Assembly (NCBI GenBank): GCA_964393475.1
Contig: CAYMTX010000001.1
Span: 1 to 51,507 of the forward strand
DNA: 51,507 bases
Source: an uncultured Roseburia sp.
GTDB taxonomy: Bacteria; Bacillota; Clostridia; Lachnospirales; Lachnospiraceae
Reading direction: 5' to 3'
Part shown: positions 1 to 8,084 of the stretch, in pieces
Layout of the letters: every line of letters starts with the position of its first letter
How positions within the stretch are numbered: position 1 is the stretch's first letter
Notes under the pieces: generated by a model
Told to the model about the DNA's origin: nothing
The model's input: the letters and a program-made list of their open reading frames with translations, nothing else
Databases searched by the model: none
Made by a program: the position numbers and the translations under genes

Positions 1-2
1 CT

Positions 3-104
3 GAAGCTGTTCGCTTAACTGGTATTAATTCAAAGAGTATACGAGATGCGGCGACTGGTAAGCAAAAACATGCAGGTGGATTTAAATGGAAATATCAGGA
101 TTGA
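3..104 (+). CDS. 3' end of a protein with a C-terminal NUMOD1-like DNA-binding motif (truncated by window edge)
   Basis: Not in ORF track. Frame from position 3 reads EAVRLTGINSKSIRDAATGKQKHAGGFKWKYQD*, fitting the NUMOD1 pattern (eA..tgi....I..a..gk.khAGGf.Wky). Confidence 0.7.
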   Translation, partial: EAVRLTGINSKSIRDAATGKQKHAGGFKWKYQD

Positions 105-132
105 TTGTGATGAAAGTGAGGTAAGAAATATT

Positions 133-309
133 GTGACGGCTAAAATTCAAGAAAGTCAAATAAAAGAAGTTTTGAAGAAAATTATTGATGGCAATATAAA
201 TATTCCGGAAAAGGCTAAATGGGATTTGAAGGTGATTATAGAGGCGGAACATGATCCAGAAAAGTTGTTACAAGAGTGCTTGTTATATATGATGTCATAT
301 GGTCAATAA
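133..309 (+). CDS. small hypothetical protein (58 aa)
   Basis: Part of ORF 46..309. GAGGT RBS precedes GTG at 133; the longer start would overlap the NUMOD1 gene. Confidence 0.55.
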   Translation: MTAKIQESQIKEVLKKIIDGNINIPEKAKWDLKVIIEAEHDPEKLLQECLLYMMSYGQ

Positions 310-430
310 TTGTCCGAGAGATTTAAAAACTCGCACCACTGGTGCAAGAAATGGAAAAGAATGAAATTTTTTTGAGGGGATGAATTGTTTGCAGACAATA
401 CGAAGAATATAGGAAAAGTGGGGAAGTGAT

Positions 431-751
431 ATGAATAAAATAAGTGATGGATTAGATGCACTTGATAAGATTTTGGAAATACGAAATTTTTATATAGATA
501 ATCAAAAACAAAATATATCAGATGAAATTATGTGGATGTATCAAAATGAGAATAATATTTCTGAACTTCGTAAGTATCTTGCAAATTATTTGCCGATAGA
601 TAGAATCCAACAACTTTCAGATTCATCTATACGGGAAATTGTTGAAATAAGAGCAAATTATTTGTATACCTCTATGAAAAAAATGGGTTGCAAGGTAAAT
701 ACGATTCCATTAAAGGTAATAGTGGAAAGCTTGAAGATAAGTGGAAATTAG
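431..751 (+). CDS. hypothetical protein
   Basis: 106-aa ORF with purine-rich RBS, AT-rich island context, no recognised motif. Confidence 0.6.
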   Translation: MNKISDGLDALDKILEIRNFYIDNQKQNISDEIMWMYQNENNISELRKYLANYLPIDRIQQLSDSSIREIVEIRANYLYTSMKKMGCKVNTIPLKVIVESLKISGN

Positions 752-792
752 CATGATAACCGTAGAAAGGAAAAAGAAACGTAAAAAGAAAT

Positions 793-1655
793 ATGATTGA
801 TTTTAATGATTCTAATACATTTCCTGTTGAATTGAAGGAGTGGGGAAAAGAATTTGAAAACAGATTGCGTCAAAGAATTAATACGGATGGAGTGAGTGAA
901 TGGTGGCAAATTGAGCATCAACTACAAGATTTACACATTGAAGATACAGAATTGATTAGAAACTATGTTGATAATAATATGGACAAAGAAGTTGTGTTAT
1001 GCCATTGTACTCGAATTATTGATGAAACGGAGTATTGGAAACATGGTATTGTAACAGGAGGAGGAAAAAATTCTGTTGCAGAAAAGAGATTAACTTTATT
1101 ACTACATGATATAGGATTAGATGAAAAGCAAATTGCAGAAATTTTTCGCACATATATTATTATTGGAATCGTGATAAATCTTCAAGAATAGATGCAGTAC
1201 ATTTCTTTATTGACCAGGATCAGGTGTATAGAGACGATCAGCTGAATCACTTTGCAATAAATGTAGGAGGCGAAATATTACGTTGGTCATTAGAATCTAT
1301 TGACAGAGAACTATATAAAAAAGAACCTTATAAGAGACTATGGATTTTAGGAAGTCCGGCGGTAGTAAAATTTAAAATGAAGCTGCGGGATATACATGAA
1401 TTACACAGATATAGTTTAATAACAGAAATAGTAAAATATTACATTGTAACGGAAGTATATGGGTATAACTATGAATTTGATTTTACTGGTATGACAATAG
1501 GATCGGTTATGCCTGAAAATATACTGTCTATTACGAAAATAAGAAATTATATACAAATGCAAGAGAAGTATCTGGACTATGAAGGATTTTATGAGGAAAT
1601 AAAACGTAGTAACAAAGAGCTTATTTTGGGTAGTCTTGATCAAGAAAGTTGGTGA
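793..1655 (+). pseudogene. hypothetical protein split by a 1-nt frameshift (ORFs 793..1191 + 1224..1655)
   Basis: Adding one T to the T5 run at 1142-1146 gives ...IFSHIYYYWNRDKSSRIDAVHFFIDQDQVYRDDQ..., joining both ORFs into one frame of about 287 aa. Confidence 0.7.
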
Positions 1656-1659
1656 CGAT

Positions 1660-3018
1660 ATGAAAGAAAAAGAACATCAATCTATAGAGTGGAAGGAAAA
1701 CTGGCAGGATGAATATTTAAAATGGATTTGTGGATATGCGAATGCTTATGGTGGAATAATATACATAGGTACGGATGACGATGGTAATGTTGTGGGTATT
1801 GATAATGCAAGAGAATTATTGGAGAAGATTCCAAATAAGATTACAGATACAATGGGAATTATTGTCGATGTAAATTTATTGTATAAAGGTGAATTGGAAT
1901 ATTTGCAGATAATAGTAGATAAATATCCATCTTTAATCAGTTTTCGTGGAAAATATTATTACCGTTCTGGAAGTACCATGCGTGAGATTACTGGAAAGGA
2001 ATTAGAGAGAACGTTGTTAAAAACGCAGGGACGGACATGGGATGGAGTACCTTTGCCAAAATTATCAGTAGCAGATTTAAAACAGGATGCAATTCAGTTA
2101 TTTAAAGATAAATCAGTAAAAAGAGGAAGGCTTACCCAAGAAGAAGTAAGTGTGGAAGATAGTATTTTGTTGGATAATTTACATCTTATTGATGAAGATG
2201 GATATTTGATAAGAGCAGCAATGCTTGCATTTTATAGGGATCCGGAGAAATGGGTAACTGGTTCTTATATCAAAATCGGATATTTTGGGAAATCAGATTC
2301 GGATTTGGTGTATCAGGATGAGATACATGGTCCGCTTATTGAACAGGTAGATAAGACGGTTGACTTGGTTTATACAAAATATATGAAGGCATTGATTGAC
2401 TATGAGGGAGTGCAGCGAATAGAACAGTTTATGTTTCACAAGGAAGCATTTCGTGAAATTTTGCTGAATGCAATTGTTCATAAAGACTACAGCAGTTGTA
2501 ATCCGATTCAGATTAGCGTTTATGAGGACAAGATTTACATTTGGAATGATGGTGAAATGCCACCAAATTTAGATACGGCGGACAAATTGTTTATGAAGCA
2601 TTCATCTAAACCGTATAATCCGAAGCTGGCAAATGTCTTTTTCAAAAGCGGCATGATTGAGGCTTGGGGAAGAGGATTTGAGAAAATTAGGGAAGCTTGT
2701 GAAATATATGAGGCTCCATTGCCGGAATATGAGATAAATAAATCTGGTATTATGGTATTGTGTAGGGCTTGTGATAAGTATTTGGAATTATTAAGAGGTG
2801 TTGGTCGGCATCATGACCAAAATGGTTATGATATGGTCATGATGATTTTAGAATTTTGTAGAGAAGCAAAGTCTGTTCCAGAAATTATGGATCGATTTGG
2901 TTTTGAAAGTAGAACAAGCTTTAGAAGAAAGTATTTAAATGATTTGGTGGGAACAGGGCAGTTAAAAATGACTATGCCCGATAAACCAAAAAGTAAAAAT
3001 CAAAAATATTATTCATAA
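1660..3018 (+). CDS. AlbA_2 (Schlafen-like) + ATP-binding (RecG-C/HATPase-like) + C-terminal HTH protein
   Basis: N-terminal EHQSIEWKE / ICGYANAYGGIIYIG / YYYRSGS; central REILLNAIVHKDY and NPKLANVF..GMIEAWGRGF; C-terminal FRRKYLNDLV..G.LKMTMPDKPKSKNQKY (Fic-like C-terminal HTH). Confidence 0.85.
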   Translation: MKEKEHQSIEWKENWQDEYLKWICGYANAYGGIIYIGTDDDGNVVGIDNARELLEKIPNKITDTMGIIVDVNLLYKGELEYLQIIVDKYPSLISFRGKYYYRSGSTMREITGKELERTLLKTQGRTWDGVPLPKLSVADLKQDAIQLFKDKSVKRGRLTQEEVSVEDSILLDNLHLIDEDGYLIRAAMLAFYRDPEKWVTGSYIKIGYFGKSDSDLVYQDEIHGPLIEQVDKTVDLVYTKYMKALIDYEGVQRIEQFMFHKEAFREILLNAIVHKDYSSCNPIQISVYEDKIYIWNDGEMPPNLDTADKLFMKHSSKPYNPKLANVFFKSGMIEAWGRGFEKIREACEIYEAPLPEYEINKSGIMVLCRACDKYLELLRGVGRHHDQNGYDMVMMILEFCREAKSVPEIMDRFGFESRTSFRRKYLNDLVGTGQLKMTMPDKPKSKNQKYYS

Positions 3019-3068
3019 CCCAAATCATATCCACATCATGACCAATGTGGCTATGATATGGTTATGAT
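2809..3068. repeat. 35-bp palindromic direct repeat pair (2809-2843, 3034-3068) flanking the HTH-coding segment
   Basis: catcatgaccaaaatggttatgatatggtcatgat vs catcatgaccaatgtggctatgatatggttatgat: 31/35 identical, 225 bp apart. Confidence 0.85.
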
Positions 3069-3120
3069 TTTTGATAAAAAGTACTTTGCAAATCATCCGA
3101 ATCCCAGTATAATACCCTTG

Positions 3121-3139
3121 TGGCAACATTATGGCAACA
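3121..3139. repeat. TGGCAACA x2 with 11-bp period; possible integrase arm-type site
   Basis: tggcaacattatggcaaca near the edge of the AT-rich region. The repeat is seen; the function is inferred. Confidence 0.45.
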
Positions 3140-3340
3140 ATAAATCAGTAAGAGAAAATAATATATGTAACTGAGATAAAATATCGGATCAAAAGACACA
3201 GAACTTAAATTAAAATGTTTAAGAATACAAATGACGGAGCCGAGTTTGAATAATTTTGATATCTAAGTTGACTCTTTCATACCTAAAAACCCATTGGTTG
3301 GGGAAAAAGGAAATTCCTTCAAAAACTTTGAATACCCTAG

Positions 3341-3386
3341 AAAAATAACGGAGACGGAGTATTATATACCAGTCTCCGTTATTTTT
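3341..3386. terminator. intrinsic, possibly bidirectional, terminator
   Basis: aaaaataacggagac-N16-gtctccgttattttt. Confidence 0.7.
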
Positions 3387-3521
3387 TTAGGCACCTTTCT
3401 GCTAATCGTTTATAATATAATGGTTTGATAAAAATAATTAAAATTGAAACAATTATAATTGACTAACTTTGTGTTTGGTGCTAAGATATAAAAAAAGTAG
3501 AAGTAGAAGGAGGGTGTATTT

Positions 3522-3935
3522 GTGGATAAAAAATCAAATGCACAGCAGATAAAAGAATTATATAAAGAGGTTTTAGCGGATAATGAGGAGCATTCCAGAA
3601 CGGAATTATTTGCATATGCAAGTCAAAAATCTACCGGTCGATATACGGATGGAATGTTGACCGGAGCACTCAGAACATTGGTAACGGATACTGACGATTA
3701 TATTTGTGTGCGAAGAGGATATTATAAAAAGAAAAGCAGTGCAGAGCGGGTACAAGAGCCAAATTCGGTGGTAGAAGCATATATTGATATTTTTCGGGAA
3801 GCATTGAGGAAAAGTAAAAATATTACTTCGAATCCTTTCCAGGTATTACGGATGAGCCAGAATGATTTGAAAAAGTTAGAAGAGATTGAGAACTGTATTA
3901 AACATATTTCAGAGACAATAGAAAAAATCGGATAG
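3522..3935 (+). CDS. hypothetical protein (possible winged-helix N-terminus)
   Basis: 137-aa ORF, strong GGAGG RBS, GTG start. Confidence 0.65.
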   Translation: MDKKSNAQQIKELYKEVLADNEEHSRTELFAYASQKSTGRYTDGMLTGALRTLVTDTDDYICVRRGYYKKKSSAERVQEPNSVVEAYIDIFREALRKSKNITSNPFQVLRMSQNDLKKLEEIENCIKHISETIEKIG

Positions 3936-3950
3936 TGGGAAGAAGATAAG

Positions 3951-4224
3951 ATGACCAGTCAACAGATGATAATGACGATAATATCTGCAATTTGACAGGC
4001 AGGATTCAAAAAACAGTATAGTTGATTTTACAAGAGAAATCAGCAGAATACCGATTGTATTTAATGATGATAAGAAAGTATTAAATGCATTGGAACGATT
4101 TTATGAAAAATCGGAAGCGGGTATACGAGATGAAGCATTTGTAATTTTGTTAAAGCAGTTATGTATATCGGCACATTTTAATTGCAAGAATTGGAATGAT
4201 ATCAGGTTTACAAAAACGTTATAA
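3951..4224 (+). pseudogene. degenerate gene remnant, DUF6680-like
   Basis: MTSQQMIMTIISAI* then in another frame ...DFTREISRIPIVFNDDKKVLNALERFYE...FTKTL*. Looks like N- and C-termini joined out of frame. Family call from memory. Confidence 0.45.
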
Positions 4225-4278
4225 GAGATAAGAAGTTAAAGTGTATCTGGAAAAGAGAAAATAAAGAGGTGAAAATCA

Positions 4279-4629
4279 ATGTTATTTTTATGTTATCCAA
4301 AATGTTCAACCTGTCAAAAGGCTAAGAAATGGCTTGATGCACACAATATCGAATATACGGAACGGCATATTGCGGAAGCAAATCCGACTTATGACGAATT
4401 AAAAGCGTGGTATAATCAGAGTGGACTTCCTTTAAAGAAGTTTTTCAATACCAGCGGATTACTTTATAAAGAAATGCAGTTAAAGGATAAGCTAACATCA
4501 ATGAGCGAAGTGGAACAGTTAAAATTACTTGCTACGAATGGAATGCTGGTAAAGCGACCTATGGTAATAAATGACGATAAAGTGTTGGTAGGTTTTAGGG
4601 AAGCAGAGTGGGAAGCAACACTTTTATGA
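4279..4629 (+). CDS. ArsC/Spx-family thioredoxin-fold protein
   Basis: N-terminal CSTC, KKFFNTSG, GMLVKRP, LVGF motifs. Confidence 0.9.
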   Translation: MLFLCYPKCSTCQKAKKWLDAHNIEYTERHIAEANPTYDELKAWYNQSGLPLKKFFNTSGLLYKEMQLKDKLTSMSEVEQLKLLATNGMLVKRPMVINDDKVLVGFREAEWEATLL

Positions 4630-4717
4630 GCAGAGAATTACCGATAAGAAATGTACGGTAGGTACTGCCTTTATGCGAAATAGCGCAGCATGACATAACG
4701 CGCAAGAAAGGAAAGAA

Positions 4718-5653
4718 ATGATTATACAGACAGGAATGCGGACAGATATTCCGGCATTTTATGCAGAATGGTTTGTAAACAGAATAAAGGAAGGCTTTGT
4801 CCTAGTCCGTAATCCGTACAATCCGATTCAAGTGACAAGCTACAGTCTTTCACCGGAGGTTGTGGATTTAATTGCTTTTTGCACCAAGAATCCGGCTCCG
4901 ATGCTGCCGTATATGGAGGTGTTGAAACCATACGGGCAATACTGGTTTGTTACGATTACGCCTTACGGAAAAGAAATAGAGCCGAATGTACCGCCCAAAG
5001 AGGCGGTAATGGAAAGTTTTAAAAAGCTGTCGAATATCGTAGGTATAGACAGTATGGGGTGGAGGTATGACCCGGTGTTACTGGATGATAAACATACCAT
5101 AGAATGGCATATATCGGAATTTGAGAAAATGGCAGCGATACTTTCCGGTTATACACAATCCTGCATTATTAGCTTTATTGACATTTATAAAAAAGTAGAG
5201 CGCAATTTTCCGGAGGCAAGAGAAGTATCTTCGGAAGAGAGAATCATTCTCGGAAAGGAATTTATCAGAATTGCCAAGAAATACGGAATGGTATTAAGAC
5301 CCTGCGCGGAAGGTGCGGAGTTAGCTCCTTTTGGCGCGGACTGCGCAGGTTGTATGACAGTGAATACATTTGAAACGGCACTGCATGCACATCTTGATGT
5401 GCTAAAACAGAAGAAAAATCAGCGGAATGGGCAATGTGCATGCCTGCTTGGAGCTGATATAGGTGCATACGATACTTGTGGGCATTTGTGTAAATATTGT
5501 TATGCAAATACGAATGCCGGACTTGTCAGGGAAAATATGAAAAATCATAATCCTATGTCCCCGTTTTTGGTTGGTGGTTCTATGCCGGACGATGTCATTC
5601 ATGAGGCATTGCAGAAAAGCTGGATAGATGGGCAGATGAGGCTGGATATATAA
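4718..5653 (+). CDS. DUF1848 family protein
   Basis: RTDIPAFY.EWF..R, VRNPYNP, WRYDP, C.C....DIGAYDTC.H.C.YCYAN. Confidence 0.9.
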   Translation: MIIQTGMRTDIPAFYAEWFVNRIKEGFVLVRNPYNPIQVTSYSLSPEVVDLIAFCTKNPAPMLPYMEVLKPYGQYWFVTITPYGKEIEPNVPPKEAVMESFKKLSNIVGIDSMGWRYDPVLLDDKHTIEWHISEFEKMAAILSGYTQSCIISFIDIYKKVERNFPEAREVSSEERIILGKEFIRIAKKYGMVLRPCAEGAELAPFGADCAGCMTVNTFETALHAHLDVLKQKKNQRNGQCACLLGADIGAYDTCGHLCKYCYANTNAGLVRENMKNHNPMSPFLVGGSMPDDVIHEALQKSWIDGQMRLDI

Positions 5654-5688
5654 AAGGAAACGTATAACAGAAGGAAGCGTTGCGGAAA

Positions 5689-6366
5689 ATGAAAAATATA
5701 TTACTGATAGAAGATGACAGGTCATTATCCAATGGCATAAAACTGGCATTACACAATCCGGAATATAACATCATACAGTGTTTTACCTTAAGGGAAGCAA
5801 GGCAGAAGGAAGTGAGCAGATTAGAGCTTGCGATTTTGGACATTAATCTGCCGGACGGGAACGGGCTGGACTATCTGCAGGAAGTGAAAAGAAAACATAA
5901 CATTCCGGTTATACTGCTTACGGCAAACGATTTGGAAACAGATATTGTAACCGGCTTGGAGCTTGGTGCAGACGATTATATTACAAAACCATTCAGTCTG
6001 GCCGTCTTGCGAGCGAGAGTAAATGCACGGTTAAGATGTGCCGGAAGAACAGAAAGAGAACAGTCAGATTATGAGACAGAGCGGTTTAGCTTTGATTTTA
6101 AGAAAATGGTATTTTCGGTTTGTCACATTCCCGTTGAGTTAAGTAAAACGGAACAGAAGTTGTTACATATGCTGGTGGAAAATAAAGGGTTCACTTTAGA
6201 AAGAGGGCAGCTTATTGACCGGATATGGACAGAGGGTGCGGAATATGTGGACGAAAATGCATTGTCGGTGGTTGTGAAACGTCTGCGGGACAAATTAGAA
6301 GAGACACCTGCAAAGCCACGATACATCAAAACAGTATACGGAATTGGTTACAAGTGGGAGGAGTGA
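5689..6366 (+). CDS. OmpR-family response regulator
   Basis: LLIEDD, ILDINLPDG, GADDYITKPF, C-terminal IKTVYGIGY. Confidence 0.95.
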   Translation: MKNILLIEDDRSLSNGIKLALHNPEYNIIQCFTLREARQKEVSRLELAILDINLPDGNGLDYLQEVKRKHNIPVILLTANDLETDIVTGLELGADDYITKPFSLAVLRARVNARLRCAGRTEREQSDYETERFSFDFKKMVFSVCHIPVELSKTEQKLLHMLVENKGFTLERGQLIDRIWTEGAEYVDENALSVVVKRLRDKLEETPAKPRYIKTVYGIGYKWEE

Positions 6367-6373
6367 GAAAAGA

Positions 6374-7222
6374 ATGAACCTGTGGAGTGCAGACCGCATT
6401 ATGAACCGGCTTGATGCAATGTTAGACCATGCAATTGCAGGGGAAGCAATAGAGGCTTCTTTTGATGAGACAAAGATGTCTGCATTAGAAACGAAGCTGG
6501 CAAAATATCTGCTGATGAATCAGCTTGGAAAAGAACAGTTACAAAAGGAAAAAAAGCGTGTAGATGAACTGGTATCAGACATTTCGCATCAGACGAAAAC
6601 CCCGATAGCAAATTTGTTGTTGTATTCAGAATTGCTTGAGGAAGAGATACAGGATGAGAAAAGCAGGGAGATGCTGCATGCAATTCACGCGCAGGCAGAA
6701 AAACTATCCTTTTTGACGCAGTCATTATTAAAAGCCTCCAGATTAGAAAGCGGGACAATTCAGACGGTTCCGGAGAAAAATGAAATTCGCAAACTGCTTG
6801 CAAACGTTGTGGCGCAGGCAGAGAAGAAAGCAGACAGGAAAGCAATTGCGATTGAGATGGCAGATACAGAGGCTGTTGCGCTTTTTGACGTGAAGTGGAC
6901 AGTGGAAGCCGTATATAATATTGTGGACAATGCCATAAAATATACGAATGAAAGTGGAAAAATAAAGCTGACTGTAAGTGAATATTCTTTTTTTGTACGC
7001 ATTGATATTGAAGATAACGGAAGTGGTATTTCGGAAGAAGATTTACCGAAGATTTTTGGACGATTTTATAAATGCAGTGAGATGAGACAGGAGGAAGGTG
7101 TTGGACTTGGATTATATCTGGCAAGAGAAATCATATCGGGACAGGGCGGTTATATCAAAGTCCGATCAAAGCAGGGAGAAGGAAGCGTGTTTTCGGTTTT
7201 TCTGGTAGCTGTACAGCCGTAA
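6374..7222 (+). CDS. sensor histidine kinase (HisKA + HATPase), no clear TM segment
   Basis: SDISHQTKTP H-box, NIVDNAIKY, DNGSGI, GVGLGLY, GEGSVF. Confidence 0.92.
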   Translation: MNLWSADRIMNRLDAMLDHAIAGEAIEASFDETKMSALETKLAKYLLMNQLGKEQLQKEKKRVDELVSDISHQTKTPIANLLLYSELLEEEIQDEKSREMLHAIHAQAEKLSFLTQSLLKASRLESGTIQTVPEKNEIRKLLANVVAQAEKKADRKAIAIEMADTEAVALFDVKWTVEAVYNIVDNAIKYTNESGKIKLTVSEYSFFVRIDIEDNGSGISEEDLPKIFGRFYKCSEMRQEEGVGLGLYLAREIISGQGGYIKVRSKQGEGSVFSVFLVAVQP

Positions 7223-7274
7223 ATCTTTCAAAACTGAAAGATTTGATTTAAAAATAGAAAGATTGTGGAAAGAA
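7223..7274. promoter_or_regulatory. probable response-regulator binding region upstream of the ABC operon
   Basis: atctttca...tgaaagat inverted pair plus gaaagat-tgtg-gaaagaa direct repeat upstream of a TATAAT box. Confidence 0.45.
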
Positions 7275-7349
7275 GAAGCGTGTATAATCTGTATCATAGA
7301 AATATGGTACAGATTTTTTTGACTCTAATAGGAAAGAAAGGATTATCAG

Positions 7350-8084
7350 ATGATTATTTTAGAAACCAAAAATCTTAAAAAGTATTACGGGAGTGGGGAT
7401 ACGCTTGTAAAGGCATTGGACGGTGTGGATTTAAAAGTGGAAAGCGGTGAATTTGTAGCAATTGTGGGAACGTCCGGAAGTGGAAAATCAACACTGTTAC
7501 ATATGCTCGGAGGGTTGGACAGACCGACAGCGGGGGAAGTCCGGGTAGGTGGTAAACCTATTTTTACATTAAAAGATGAGGAGTTGACGATATTCCGAAG
7601 AAGAAAAATCGGATTTGTTTTTCAGCAGTATAATTTAATTCCGACTATGAATGTGTATGAAAATATCGTACTTCCGATTGGATTGGATGGTGGAAAGCCG
7701 GACGAGGCATATTTGAACCGGATTATTCAGACGCTCGGACTGAAAAGCAAGCTTTATAATCTTTCCGGTCAGTTATCCGGCGGACAACAGCAGAGAGTGG
7801 CGATTGCAAGGGCATTGGCGGGAAAACCGGCGATTATTTTAGCGGATGAACCAACAGGAAATTTAGATAGTCGTACCAGTCAGGATGTACTTGGACTTTT
7901 GAAGGTTACATGTGAGCAGTTTAAACAGACAATGGTGATGATTACCCATAATGAAGAAATTGCACAGATGGCAGACCGCATTGTGCGGATTGAGGACGGA
8001 CGAATTGTGGAAAAAGGTGATGGCATGACAACGGAGCGGGCAAAGAGTGCAGAGGAAAGAACAGCAGGTGGTGTAAATGATTAG
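7350..8084 (+). CDS. ABC transporter ATP-binding subunit (LolD/MacB/BceA-like)
   Basis: GTSGSGKST Walker A, LSGGQQQRV, ILADEPTGNLD. Confidence 0.95.
   Translation: MIILETKNLKKYYGSGDTLVKALDGVDLKVESGEFVAIVGTSGSGKSTLLHMLGGLDRPTAGEVRVGGKPIFTLKDEELTIFRRRKIGFVFQQYNLIPTMNVYENIVLPIGLDGGKPDEAYLNRIIQTLGLKSKLYNLSGQLSGGQQQRVAIARALAGKPAIILADEPTGNLDSRTSQDVLGLLKVTCEQFKQTMVMITHNEEIAQMADRIVRIEDGRIVEKGDGMTTERAKSAEERTAGGVND

Noticed and set aside
333-345. Small palindrome gcaccactggtgc
   Set aside because: Too short and single-copy to interpret.
6399-7124. 241-aa antisense ORF and the many other opposite-strand or nested ORFs in the track
   Set aside because: Shadows of well-supported genes with no motifs of their own.
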